NCBI GenBank assembly: GCA_005883075.1 | Contig: VBAX01000048.1 | Location: forward strand, 35,475 to 99,474 | DNA from: Candidatus Bathyarchaeota archaeon | GTDB taxonomy: Archaea > Thermoproteota > Bathyarchaeia > 40CM-2-53-6 | Direction: 5' to 3' | Length of the DNA: 64,000 nt | Shown: positions 37,907 to 47,935 of the stretch, piece after piece | Position numbering within the stretch: the stretch's first letter is position 1 | How the letters are laid out: every line of letters starts with the position of its first letter | Notes under the pieces: generated by a model | Told to the model about the DNA's origin: nothing | Database searches by the model: none | Seen by the model: only the letters and a program-made list of their open reading frames with translations | Translations under genes and position numbers: made by a program

Positions 37907-39244
37907 TTGCCCATTCTTCCAATTGACACGGGTCGTTACGGCAGTCCGGAGATGAGGAGAATCTTCGAGGAAGAAAACAAACTCCAACGATGGTTAGACG
38001 TGGAGGCGGCGGTTGCAGAAGCACAAGCCTTTGTCGGCGACATTCCGAAGGAGGCGGCGGAGGAAATCGGACGAAACGCCAACACGAAGATAGTGACGCT
38101 TGATCATGTCAAAGGGATCGAGAAGGAGATTCGCCATGATCTCATGTCGATGGTTGTAGCACTTTCGGAAGCTTGTACGGGCGAGGGACGCAAGTACGTA
38201 CACTATGGCCTCACAAGCTACGATATTGAGGATACTGCAACAGCGCTTCAGTTCAAGGAGGCGTTCTCGATCCTGGAGAAACGACTTGGCGGGCTTGAGG
38301 AGATCATCGTTTCACTGGTACGTAAACACAGAGCTCTATTGATCGTCGGCCGGACCCACGGACGCCACGCCGGAGTCATCACACTTGGACTCAAATTCGC
38401 AGTCTGGCTAGAGGAGGTTCGAAGATACCAGCAGAGGCTGAAGCAGGTCAAAGAAAGGGTTCTTGTTGGCAAGATTCTGGGAATAGTTGGAAATGGTGCT
38501 GGGCTCGGGAAAAACGTGCTGAAGATTCAAGAAAGAGCGCTAAGCAAGCTGGGACTCAAACCAGCGGGCCTCGTTACACAAGTCATCCAGCGAGATCTGC
38601 ACGCCGAAACCATCTGTTATCTCTCTCTACTCGGATCGAGCCTTGACAAGTTTGCAACGGAGATCCGGAACCTCCAGAGGAGCGAGATCTCAGAGGTAAT
38701 GGAGCCGTTTGAGCGAGAAAAACAGGTTGGAAGCTCGGCTTTACCATCGAAGAGGAATCCGGAACTCAGCGAAAGGGTCTCAAGCATAGCGAAGCTGATG
38801 CGAGGCCTAGTCATTCCAGCTCTGGAGAATATTCCTCTCTGGCACGAACGGGACATATCCAACTCTGCCAGCGAACGCTTCATCTTTCCAATGTCTTTCA
38901 TTCTTGCCGACGAAATGCTCCGACTTGTAACTCGCGTCCTAGAGGGGTTGGAAGTCCTGCCCGAGAACATGGAACGAAACCTTGAGCTATCACAAGGCGC
39001 ATTGCTTGCGGAGAGAATTGTGAACTCGTTGGTGGAGACAGGAGTTCCAAGACAAGACGCTCATGAAAGGATCAGAAAGATCTCGATCAAGGCCCTTGAC
39101 AACAAGATCCCCTTCTCAAAAGTCCTGCTCGAAGACAAGTTCATCTCGAAAAGGCTGAAACCCAAAGAGATCAAAGAAGCACTCGACTATCACACCTACC
39201 TCGGCGTAACGCGCGAACTAGTCAACTCTGCTTTGAAGGAATAA
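37907..39244 (+). CDS. purB: Adenylosuccinate lyase
   Basis: Fumarate-lyase signature GSSALPSKRNP. N-terminus IDTGRYGSPEM. TTG start. Confidence 0.9.
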   Translation: MPILPIDTGRYGSPEMRRIFEEENKLQRWLDVEAAVAEAQAFVGDIPKEAAEEIGRNANTKIVTLDHVKGIEKEIRHDLMSMVVALSEACTGEGRKYVHYGLTSYDIEDTATALQFKEAFSILEKRLGGLEEIIVSLVRKHRALLIVGRTHGRHAGVITLGLKFAVWLEEVRRYQQRLKQVKERVLVGKILGIVGNGAGLGKNVLKIQERALSKLGLKPAGLVTQVIQRDLHAETICYLSLLGSSLDKFATEIRNLQRSEISEVMEPFEREKQVGSSALPSKRNPELSERVSSIAKLMRGLVIPALENIPLWHERDISNSASERFIFPMSFILADEMLRLVTRVLEGLEVLPENMERNLELSQGALLAERIVNSLVETGVPRQDAHERIRKISIKALDNKIPFSKVLLEDKFISKRLKPKEIKEALDYHTYLGVTRELVNSALKE

Positions 39245-39318
39245 GACCGTCCGTATTCGATCATAGAGTAAACTTTTATTTCGTCTCCAACCACGAGAAT
39301 CGCTGAAGGCAGCAAAGA

Positions 39319-39510
39319 TTGAAGGAAGCTTTTCTCACCGTTGGAATGCTCCTCCTCTTCACGGGATGCATGGGTGCAATTGCTGCCACCACGGCCATGG
39401 GCGCTGGCGCTGCGATTACTCCTTCGGCGCTTCAGCAGCTTCTGGTTGCCGAGGTTATCTCGACCATCATCGCTTTCGTAGGCGGCGCACTTGTAATGCG
39501 CAACCGCTAG
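39319..39510 (+). CDS. Small two-TM membrane protein, hypothetical
   Basis: 63 aa, Ala/Gly-rich hydrophobic, TTG start. It overlaps the rfcL stop by 4 nt on the opposite strand. Confidence 0.3.
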   Translation: MKEAFLTVGMLLLFTGCMGAIAATTAMGAGAAITPSALQQLLVAEVISTIIAFVGGALVMRNR

Positions 39511-40757
39511 GCGGCCGGCTCAGAGTCCAACGAGAGAATCTCATCTAGCGGCTCCTTCGCATCAAGCCACCCTGCAATCTGGCGATACTTTTCAGGGTCG
39601 TGCTCATGGATGAACTGGATCATAGGAAGGTATAGTTTAGTTCCTCTTCGACTGGATATGTGGGACTTGGAACCAATCAGCGCTCCAACGCCTTTCCGGA
39701 GCTCTCTGGTTCCTCGGCTACGAGACATCGAACTGATTCGCTGGGGGAACTTCATAGACACCCAGCCTCCGGGGCTAGTCTCCTTTGCGACAGCGACACC
39801 AGCAGTCATGAGATCGAGAGCGTACGATAATAAGTGCCACGACTGTGTCTTCCGGATCCGCGCAAAGTAGAGATCGGCCCCTGCAAGTGCAGACATGGCT
39901 GCTTCGAGTTCGCGGGGCTTCGGAATCTGGCTCGGAGTGTTTTCCAGTATCCACTGAAAGAGCATTTCTGGGTCCACATCCGACTTGTCTAGAGCTCGTC
40001 GAGCCTGAGCCACGGTTCTGCTGTTGAAAATGATCCGTAGCACCTCGAATATGGACTCCGTCCGGTCTCGGCTAGAAAGCAACGCCGTATCCTCCAATGT
40101 TAGATTCTTCTTGGGTCCGGTTAAGATCTGGATGTCGGTTATCGCTGATCGCATGTCGCCACGGTCCCGCTCCATTATGGACCTGAGTGCTTCTTCGTCA
40201 GCATGCACGCTCTCCTTGGCTAGGATTCCCTTCATTAGAGGAATTCCTTCTCTTAGTCCGAGTCTCTTCAGCTCGATTAGGAGACAAGCGTCTCGTAGAG
40301 GTCTGATTTTCGGGTCCCATGGATCGTTGGCGGTCAGAACGATTGGAAACTGAGATTCCTTGATTACACGGAGGATCGCGATGATCGCGCCCGAGTCTGT
40401 TCTAAGGTTGATACCATCTACCTCGTCTAGAAGTATGAGTCTCCCCTTGCTGAACAGTGACGATTGTGTCGATGCTAGTCCTGCGATTCTGGAGAGAATG
40501 TCGCCGCTCCGTTTGTCCGAGGCGTTGATCTCCACGAGATCCCAACCCCTCTCCCGAGCAACGGCCTCGGCAAGCGTTGTCTTTCCCACTCCCGCTGGGC
40601 CGTAAAGAAGGACTCCAGCCTTGGACGGTTTGCCTTTCGACCAGGAATCAAGCCATTGGTGAATCTTCTCAATGGCTAGCTTGTTACCCGCGATCTCTCG
40701 AGTTGTCTGCGGCCTGTATCTAACGGTCCAGGGCTGTGACATGTTCTTCTCGAACAC
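39507..40757 (-). CDS. rfcL: Replication factor C large subunit
   Basis: PWTVRYRP, Walker A GPAGVGKTT, Walker B ILLDEVDG. 416 aa. Confidence 0.9.
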   Translation of the reverse strand: MFEKNMSQPWTVRYRPQTTREIAGNKLAIEKIHQWLDSWSKGKPSKAGVLLYGPAGVGKTTLAEAVARERGWDLVEINASDKRSGDILSRIAGLASTQSSLFSKGRLILLDEVDGINLRTDSGAIIAILRVIKESQFPIVLTANDPWDPKIRPLRDACLLIELKRLGLREGIPLMKGILAKESVHADEEALRSIMERDRGDMRSAITDIQILTGPKKNLTLEDTALLSSRDRTESIFEVLRIIFNSRTVAQARRALDKSDVDPEMLFQWILENTPSQIPKPRELEAAMSALAGADLYFARIRKTQSWHLLSYALDLMTAGVAVAKETSPGGWVSMKFPQRISSMSRSRGTRELRKGVGALIGSKSHISSRRGTKLYLPMIQFIHEHDPEKYRQIAGWLDAKEPLDEILSLDSEPAA

Positions 40758-41718
40758 TTCTGTGAACCGACGATTGGGCGGCTAGATGGGCCAGCAAGGC
40801 GCTCAGCTGGACTTCTTCATCTCCGCCTTGTACCAACCGGAAATCCGTGTCCCCGATTGCCTCAATCAGGCCAATTCTCGTCTTCTCTGGAATCGCGAGG
40901 CGGAAGACCTCTGAGTGAATCTGGCGAACAATGTCGGAGCCGGATAATCCGTACTTTACGAGAAGGTTTCGAAGCTCGTCCCGGGCCTTGAGGAAGTCGC
41001 CTTTCAAAGCATGATTCAACATTTCATGGACATCAGTTGATCTTGCCCTTCCGACGACTTGGTAGACTGTCTCTTCGGAGATTCCCTTGGACATGGAGGA
41101 AGCCGCTTGAAGTATGTTGATCGCTTTCCGAAGGTCTCCCTCGGCTACTTCAACAATGGTCTTCAAACCCCCCTCGGTGGTCTTTAGGTCCTCATTCTTT
41201 GCAATTCGGTGAAGGGATTCTACCACCTTCTCCTCGGGTAATGGAGTGAACCGGAATAGCGCGCACCTTGACTGGATTGGCTCGATTATTCTGCTAGAGT
41301 AATTGCAGCAGAGGATGAAACGGCAAGTGCTGGTATAATTCTCCATCGTGCGGCGAAGCGCGCCCTGCGCGTCGCTAGTCATATTGTCCGCCTCATCCAA
41401 GACAAGAATCTTGAAGGGAACAGTTGTTAGCGACGCCATTCGTGCAAACTCCTTGACGGTCGTACGTACAACATCTATTCCACGTTCATCACTCGCGTTC
41501 AGTTCCTTGAACGCGTCTTGGAATCGTTCTCCGAAAAGATCATGCGCGAGGCATAGCCCAGCCGTCGTCTTGCCCGTCCCCGGCGGACCCGCGAACAAGC
41601 AGTGTGGCATCGTCCCCCTCTTCACAAAATCCTTGAGCCGTGAAACTATCTCTTCCTGATCCATAATGTCGTCAAGACTCTTCGGCCTGTACTTCTCAGT
41701 CCAGAGAGCGGCTTCCAA
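40720..41718 (-). CDS. rfcS: Replication factor C small subunit
   Basis: WTEKYRP, GPPGTGKTT, LDEADNMT, the SRC motif (IQSRCALFRF). 332 aa. Confidence 0.95.
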   Translation of the reverse strand: MEAALWTEKYRPKSLDDIMDQEEIVSRLKDFVKRGTMPHCLFAGPPGTGKTTAGLCLAHDLFGERFQDAFKELNASDERGIDVVRTTVKEFARMASLTTVPFKILVLDEADNMTSDAQGALRRTMENYTSTCRFILCCNYSSRIIEPIQSRCALFRFTPLPEEKVVESLHRIAKNEDLKTTEGGLKTIVEVAEGDLRKAINILQAASSMSKGISEETVYQVVGRARSTDVHEMLNHALKGDFLKARDELRNLLVKYGLSGSDIVRQIHSEVFRLAIPEKTRIGLIEAIGDTDFRLVQGGDEEVQLSALLAHLAAQSSVHRSVREEHVTALDR

Positions 41719-41995
41719 ACAGATCTAACCAAAGATGTTGATGCTCTCAGCCATATAGAACTGTTTCATCCACCTCTCTGAGCAAATATCGTGTGATCGA
41801 TTTGCTTTTCTGTTTAGAATGGTTTTATGGAGCTCACTTTCGGCTTGGTGATTCCCGGGGGCGAGTAAACTGGAGAAAGAACCATCCATCGTAGGGATTG
41901 TAGATACAGAATTCGAAAACTCGCCTTCGCGCATCACACTACTCCGCGAATTTCCGGAGACTCGGATTGGGGATAGGACCCTCGGCCCTTATCGA

Positions 41996-42433
41996 ATGGG
42001 GCAGGAAGTTGAGCTCTCGCTCTGGACGGCCCAGCACTTGGTCCAGATGGGATATGCCCGCTTCAAGGATGAAGAACAGCTCACCCTCAACACTTTGTCG
42101 ACTACCCATTATAAAGAGACCCTGCCCGGGTCAAGGCAGATCCCGAAACTTCCAAGGACGTTCTACTTTCAACTCCGACGCCTCATCAAAGAGCTAAAGG
42201 GCCTTGAAGCGAAAGACCGCACGAAGGCGCGGGATCTAGACAAAGCTCTAGCTCTCTCAAGGGACATAGTCAACATCCGCGTAAAGAAAATCGCCTCCCT
42301 GGGAGCTTCTGGAGAACAGACGACGGAGGTTACAGCCAATCTGACGGTTGAGGAGCAAGCGCTGTACGAGAAGGTGCGCGAGAACGTGGAGTCTTGGAAG
42401 AAGGACATTCTTGGCCGTGAGAGCACCAGTTGA
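41996..42433 (+). CDS. GINS subunit (Gins23-like by size and synteny), putative
   Basis: 145-aa helical protein whose stop overlaps the mcm start (TTGA). The archaeal gins23-mcm linkage is established. The LTVEEQALYEKV segment resembles the GINS A-domain. Confidence 0.55.
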   Translation: MGQEVELSLWTAQHLVQMGYARFKDEEQLTLNTLSTTHYKETLPGSRQIPKLPRTFYFQLRRLIKELKGLEAKDRTKARDLDKALALSRDIVNIRVKKIASLGASGEQTTEVTANLTVEEQALYEKVRENVESWKKDILGRESTS

Positions 42434-44490
42434 CACTCGTTAACCCTCAGACGTCCCGTCCTGAGGACGTTTTCCAAGACTTTTTCCGCTCATACCAGGC
42501 CGACCAAGTAGGGTCCAAGTACCGCAAACGCCTTGCTCAAGTGGCCGTAAACAACGGCATCTCTCTTGTAATCGACTTCGACGATCTAATCGCTTTTGAT
42601 CCAGCCTTAGCCCGGAGCGTTACGGAGCGACCGGACGACTATGTCGGTTACGCAAGCTCAGCTGCCACAGCCCAAATGCGCGTGGAGGATCCTGAATACG
42701 CAGAGCACGCCGGTCGAATATTCGCTCGGTTCCGCCGTCTCCCCGAGAAAAGGGCACTGCGAAAGATTGGGGCCGAGGACATGAAAAAACTCGCCTTGGT
42801 AGAGGGGATCGTAGTTAGGACCACACAGGTTCGGCCCATGATCCTCAAGGCTGTCTTCCGCTGCAGAAAGTGCCTCGAAATCGTCCAGGAAGAACAGAGC
42901 GGGGACCTGATGAGAGGACCAGGTCCAACATGTCCAAGTTGCAAGCAGAAGACTGCTTGGGAACTGTTGGAGGAGCAGTGCAAGTTCAAGAACACCCAAG
43001 AGGCCCGAGTCCAAGAAAGACCTGAAGACCTTCCCCCAGGACAGCTGCCCAGATATCTAGATGTCAGATTAGAAGACGATATCGTAGACTCGGCCCGTCC
43101 CGGAGACCGCGTGGCCGTCACATCGATCGTCAGAGCCGAAAAACAGTACGTGGGCGAAAAGGGCCGCCTCAGAACCTTCAACCTCTACCTCGAAGCAAAT
43201 TTTGTCGATGTAGTCGGCAAGGAGACCGAAGTTGTCGAAATCACTCGCGAAGACGAGAAAAAGATTCTAGAGGCGTCGAAAGATCCTTTCGTTCACCGCA
43301 AGCTCATCATGAGCCTCGCACCCTCTATCTACGGCTACGGGGAGATCAAAGAAGGAATTCTCTACCTCCTCTTCGGTGGCGTCTCGAAACACCTTCCTGA
43401 CGGAGTTAGTATCAGAGGAGATCTCAATACGTTGTTAATCGGGGACCCTGGTACGGCAAAGAGTCAGCTTCTCCAATACGTGTCAAGAATCGCTCCTCGA
43501 GGCCTTTACACTTCAGGCAGGGGAACTACTGCTGCCGGGCTTACTGCCGCTGTTCTTCGCGAGAAAACGGGGGGGATGGTCTTGGAAGCGGGCGCATTAG
43601 TGCTTGCGGACAAAGGGATTGCCTGTATAGATGAACTGGACAAGATGCGACCTGATGACCGCGTTGCTATTCACGAAGCTCTCGAACAACAGACCGTGAG
43701 TGTCGCAAAAGGGGGTATCGTTGCTACGTTGAACGCCAGGGCTGCTGTACTAGCAGCGGCCAATCCGGCGTTGGGAAGGTACGAACCTCACAAGAACATC
43801 AATGAAAACATCAATCTTCCCGTTACAATACTCTCCCGATTCGACCTGATCTTTCTTGTGAAGGATGTACCAGAGCCCGAGAATGACTCTCGGATGTCAG
43901 AGCACATTCTCTCCCTTCACAAGACGAAACACACCCCCGAGGAGGCCCCCTTTCCACCTGATTTTCTGCGAAAATACATCAGCTACGCGAAGAGAATAGC
44001 TCCGGTTCTAACCCCAGAGGCCGTGAAGGAGCTTCAGGATTTCTACTTGAAGATGCGCAACACCACCGGCAAAGAGGCGGCTGTTGCAATAACCCCCCGA
44101 CAACTCGAAGGGTTGGTCCGAATCTCTGAGGCCAGGGCCCGCGCGTTTCTCAGGGAAGAGGTGACCGTCGAAGATGCGAAAAGCGCGGTCAAGATCATGA
44201 GCTACGCCCTCTACGACGTCGGAGTGGACGTAAAGACTGGCAAGATCGACATCGACACGATAATGACCGGTAAACCAGCAACAGTTCGAGACTCTTTGGG
44301 ACGGGTGATGGCGATCGTCGCTGAACTCGAACGGGAAACTGGGACTGTGGAGGAAAAAATTCTCACCGCCGCGATAGTTGAGCGAGAGAAGGTAACTGAT
44401 GGCGAGGCGCGCCGGTTCGTTGGACAGTTGATTAAGGAAGGAATGATCTACTCACCAAAGGAAGGAAAACTAAAGCGGACTTCAGGCTAG
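42430..44490 (+). CDS. mcm: MCM replicative helicase
   Basis: Zinc finger CRKC...CPSC, Walker A GDPGTAKSQLL, Walker B CIDELDKM, arginine finger SRFDL. 686 aa. Confidence 0.95.
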   Translation: MTLVNPQTSRPEDVFQDFFRSYQADQVGSKYRKRLAQVAVNNGISLVIDFDDLIAFDPALARSVTERPDDYVGYASSAATAQMRVEDPEYAEHAGRIFARFRRLPEKRALRKIGAEDMKKLALVEGIVVRTTQVRPMILKAVFRCRKCLEIVQEEQSGDLMRGPGPTCPSCKQKTAWELLEEQCKFKNTQEARVQERPEDLPPGQLPRYLDVRLEDDIVDSARPGDRVAVTSIVRAEKQYVGEKGRLRTFNLYLEANFVDVVGKETEVVEITREDEKKILEASKDPFVHRKLIMSLAPSIYGYGEIKEGILYLLFGGVSKHLPDGVSIRGDLNTLLIGDPGTAKSQLLQYVSRIAPRGLYTSGRGTTAAGLTAAVLREKTGGMVLEAGALVLADKGIACIDELDKMRPDDRVAIHEALEQQTVSVAKGGIVATLNARAAVLAAANPALGRYEPHKNINENINLPVTILSRFDLIFLVKDVPEPENDSRMSEHILSLHKTKHTPEEAPFPPDFLRKYISYAKRIAPVLTPEAVKELQDFYLKMRNTTGKEAAVAITPRQLEGLVRISEARARAFLREEVTVEDAKSAVKIMSYALYDVGVDVKTGKIDIDTIMTGKPATVRDSLGRVMAIVAELERETGTVEEKILTAAIVEREKVTDGEARRFVGQLIKEGMIYSPKEGKLKRTSG

Positions 44491-44518
44491 AACCCATTCT
44501 TCGGAGCTATAATAACAG

Positions 44519-46771
44519 GTGAAGATTAGAGATCTTCCCATCGACAAGCAAGTAATCGACCTACTTGCAAAAGAAGGCCTCGACGAACTCTACCCGCCGC
44601 AGCAACACGCCATCGAAGCAGGCGTGCTGAGTGGGAAAAACCTGGTTCTAGCCAGCCCTACGGCGAGCGGTAAGACCCTAGTCGCGGAGCTATGCATTCT
44701 GCAACACATTCTCGAGCATCGCGGCAAGACAATCTACTTGGCCCCCCTACGTGCCTTGGCTAGCGAGAAATTCAAGGAATTTCAACGTTACTCTGCAATC
44801 AAGAAACCCAACGGAGACTACGTCAGGGCGGGAATATCCACGGGCGACTATGACAGCTCGGACCCTTGGCTTGGAAGATACGACATCATCCTCTGCACCA
44901 ACGAGAAAGCAGACTCTCTCTTGAGGCACAAGGCTCCCTGGATGAGCGAGCTTACTCTGGTCGTTGCAGACGAGGTTCATCTCCTAACCGAACAGAACAG
45001 GGGTCCAACCCTCGAAGTGGTCCTCACTCGATTAACCGAGATCAATCCTAACATCCAGGTCCTGGCTCTCAGTGCAACAGTTAGGAATGCGGAAGAGGTA
45101 GGGTCTTGGTTGAAAGCAGGCTCTGTCACAACCGACTGGCGCCCCGTCCCGCTGAAAGAGGGAATCTACCATGATAATCAAGTGCAGTTCCGCGACGGGG
45201 CAAGCCGAGAGATCGTGAGCGGAACTAAGACGCCTAGCCTCGACATCGCGCTCGATGTACTCAGCACCGGCGGACAAGCGCTGATCTTCACTGAGACACG
45301 ACGATCAGCGGTCGAGATGGGCCGCAAAGCCTCGGTGGCAGTGAAAAGTCGACTGTCAAAACCTGAAGAGAGAGCACTGAGCACTATTGCGGAGCGAATT
45401 CTGTCTGCTGGCGAGAAGACTCGGCTGAGCGAGGCTCTTGCTATGCAAGTCGCGGCAGGCACTGGTTTTCATCACGCGGGTTTAGCCGGAATTCATCGGG
45501 GAATTGTTGAGGACGCTTTTCGAGAAGGGAGGATCAAGGTCTTGGCAGCCACCCCAACACTCGCAGCTGGTGTTAACCTACCAGCCAGGGCTGTGGTCAT
45601 CAGTAGCTACGAACGCTACGAAGCAGGGTACGGTAGATATCCGATAAGCGTATTGGAGTACAAACAGTTCTGCGGACGAGCCGGAAGGCCAAAGTACGAC
45701 AATTTCGGCGAAGCGCTGCTGATCGCCCGCAACCCGGACGAATCGGAATGGTTGATGGAGAATTATGTTCTCGCCCAACCGGAGAAGCTCTGGTCTAAGC
45801 TGGCGGCAGAACGAGTTCTGCGCCCCCATGTGTTATCCACGATCGCTGCTGGCTACGCTCATTCAGAGGATGGATTGTACGGCTTTTTCGCAAGAACATT
45901 CTACGCGCATCAGTACGGGCCGCGGCTGATTAAAACCAAGATTGGCGATATTCTCCGGTTTCTCTTCAAAGAGGAGATGGTGCTAATGGAGGGGAAGGAC
46001 CTGTCGGCTACAAAGTTCGGCAAGCGAGTCTCCGAACTGTACATCGACCCAATGTCTGCAGTAATACTGCGGGCCGGTTTGTACAACCGCGCAAAGAAGA
46101 TGACTGACCTCAGCATCCTGCACCTAATCTCCAAGACTCCTGACTTAGCCCCACGGCCCCGTCCCCGAGGAGGCGAAGTCGACAAACTCGGCTTACTAGC
46201 AGAACAAAGAAGCGACGAATTCACTTATCCCATTCCAACTCAGTTCGAGGATCCTGTCGCCTACGAGGAATTCCTCGGCGAACTAAAAGCCGCCCAAGTT
46301 CTATCTGACTGGATTGATGAACGGACCGAGGATCAAATCCTCGAAACGAGGAAAGTTGAGCCAGGCGACCTTCTCAGACTTGTGCAAGGGTCCGAATGGC
46401 TGATCCTTGCTACTCAAGAACTAGGACGCTTATTCGGACATAAAGATCTGCTGGCCCCTCTAGAAATGCTCAAAGTGAGACTTGCAAAGGGCGTTCGGCC
46501 AGAGCTGGTCAAATTGACCACGCTGGAGGGCGTCGGACGTGTCAGAGCCCGCATGTTGTACGACGCCGGATTGAAATCAATTGACGATATCAAAGAGAGG
46601 AGCCTCGAACAATTGATGAGCATTCGAACCATCGGTCCATCACTTGCAAAGAGGATCAAGGAACAAGCTGGTGGACTAATCAAAGCAGATGAGTGGGAAA
46701 AGGCGAAGAAAGCAAGACCGTCAGATGTAGAACAGCAAGTGGTTCTCACCGAGTACGAAGACTCCGAGTAA
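44519..46771 (+). CDS. hel308: Hel308/Ski2-like DNA helicase
   Basis: Walker A SPTASGKT, DEVH box, SAT, HHAGL, and a C-terminal HhH-like region (GVGRVRARML). GTG start. 750 aa. Confidence 0.9.
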   Translation: MKIRDLPIDKQVIDLLAKEGLDELYPPQQHAIEAGVLSGKNLVLASPTASGKTLVAELCILQHILEHRGKTIYLAPLRALASEKFKEFQRYSAIKKPNGDYVRAGISTGDYDSSDPWLGRYDIILCTNEKADSLLRHKAPWMSELTLVVADEVHLLTEQNRGPTLEVVLTRLTEINPNIQVLALSATVRNAEEVGSWLKAGSVTTDWRPVPLKEGIYHDNQVQFRDGASREIVSGTKTPSLDIALDVLSTGGQALIFTETRRSAVEMGRKASVAVKSRLSKPEERALSTIAERILSAGEKTRLSEALAMQVAAGTGFHHAGLAGIHRGIVEDAFREGRIKVLAATPTLAAGVNLPARAVVISSYERYEAGYGRYPISVLEYKQFCGRAGRPKYDNFGEALLIARNPDESEWLMENYVLAQPEKLWSKLAAERVLRPHVLSTIAAGYAHSEDGLYGFFARTFYAHQYGPRLIKTKIGDILRFLFKEEMVLMEGKDLSATKFGKRVSELYIDPMSAVILRAGLYNRAKKMTDLSILHLISKTPDLAPRPRPRGGEVDKLGLLAEQRSDEFTYPIPTQFEDPVAYEEFLGELKAAQVLSDWIDERTEDQILETRKVEPGDLLRLVQGSEWLILATQELGRLFGHKDLLAPLEMLKVRLAKGVRPELVKLTTLEGVGRVRARMLYDAGLKSIDDIKERSLEQLMSIRTIGPSLAKRIKEQAGGLIKADEWEKAKKARPSDVEQQVVLTEYEDSE

Positions 46772-46849
46772 AGAGTCGGAGCTTTGGCATTTCTAGGCTT
46801 ATAATGCGGGGCTTTGCTACGGTCTCCAAAGCCTAAGGAAACCTCGCAG

Positions 46850-47935
46850 ATGGCAAAGATCAAAGCAGCACTTGCAGGCGTTGGGAATTGTGCCAGTGCA
46901 CTGATACAAGGGATCCAATACTACCGGAAGAACCCGCCTAAGGAAGACAACCTCACCACGGGTTTGATGCATCCCATGTTTGGGGACTACAAAGTGGAAG
47001 ACATTACATTCGTTGCCGCTTTTGAAGTCAACCGGAAGAAGATCGGAAGCGATCTCAGCAAGGCAATATTCACAGAACCAAACTGCGCTCCGAAAATTAG
47101 TGACGTACCTGACATGGGTGTTACCGTCAAAGCCGGCCCCACCCTTGATGGGGTCGCCCCTCACATGAGGGAGCCGTTCCATGTCTACAACAAGAACAGG
47201 ACAAAGCCTGTGGACGTGGCAGCTGTATTGAAGGACTCCGGAGCAGAGATTCTCGTCAACTACCTACCGGTTGGAAGCGAAAAAGGCGCAAGATTCTATG
47301 CGCAACAAGCTTTGGACGCAGGCTGTGGCTTCGTAAACTGCATCCCAGAATTCATCGCGTCAAACGATGGATGGGCGAAAAAATTCGAAGACAGAAAACT
47401 ACCTATCGCCGGGGACGATATCAAAAGCCAGGTCGGAGCGACAATTGTTCACAGGGCGCTCGTGGACCTATTCCTAAAGCGCGGCGTGAGAGTCGATGAG
47501 AGTTATCAGCTCAACCTTGGTGGCGATACTGACTTTCTCAACATGACGGTGGAAGAGAGGCTCCATTCAAAACGTATCAGCAAGACGACGGCGGTTGCAA
47601 GTCTCATCCCCTATGACGTTCCGACGCGAATCGGCCCATCGGATTACGTTCCCCATCTCAAGAACAAGAAAATCTGCTACATCTACCTGAAAGGAAGAAA
47701 GTGGGGAAATATTCCACTTCAAATCGATCTCAAACTCTCCGTGGAGGACTCGCCCAACAGCGCCGGAGTCGTTGCAGACGTAATTCGGGCGGTCAAAATC
47801 GGTTTGGACCGTGGAGTCGGAGGCGCACTCACCAGCATCTCTTCCTATTGCTTCAAGTATCCGCCAGTGAAGATTCCCGACGGTCAGGCATCTCAGTGGG
47901 TCGAAGAGTACATCCAGGGAAAAAGAGAGCACTAG
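46850..47935 (+). CDS. myo-Inositol-1-phosphate synthase (archaeal type)
   Basis: N-terminus KAALAGVGNCASALIQGIQYY, plus NLGGDTDF and SKRISKT blocks. ATG at 46850 is preferred over the TTG at 46814. Confidence 0.9.
   Translation: MAKIKAALAGVGNCASALIQGIQYYRKNPPKEDNLTTGLMHPMFGDYKVEDITFVAAFEVNRKKIGSDLSKAIFTEPNCAPKISDVPDMGVTVKAGPTLDGVAPHMREPFHVYNKNRTKPVDVAAVLKDSGAEILVNYLPVGSEKGARFYAQQALDAGCGFVNCIPEFIASNDGWAKKFEDRKLPIAGDDIKSQVGATIVHRALVDLFLKRGVRVDESYQLNLGGDTDFLNMTVEERLHSKRISKTTAVASLIPYDVPTRIGPSDYVPHLKNKKICYIYLKGRKWGNIPLQIDLKLSVEDSPNSAGVVADVIRAVKIGLDRGVGGALTSISSYCFKYPPVKIPDGQASQWVEEYIQGKREH

Noticed and set aside
41725-41937. 70-aa minus-strand ORF just upstream of rfcS.
   Set aside because: Its composition looks unlike real protein. 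A TATA-like CTATATGG about 30 nt upstream of the rfcS ATG lies inside its 3' end, which fits a promoter region better than a gene.
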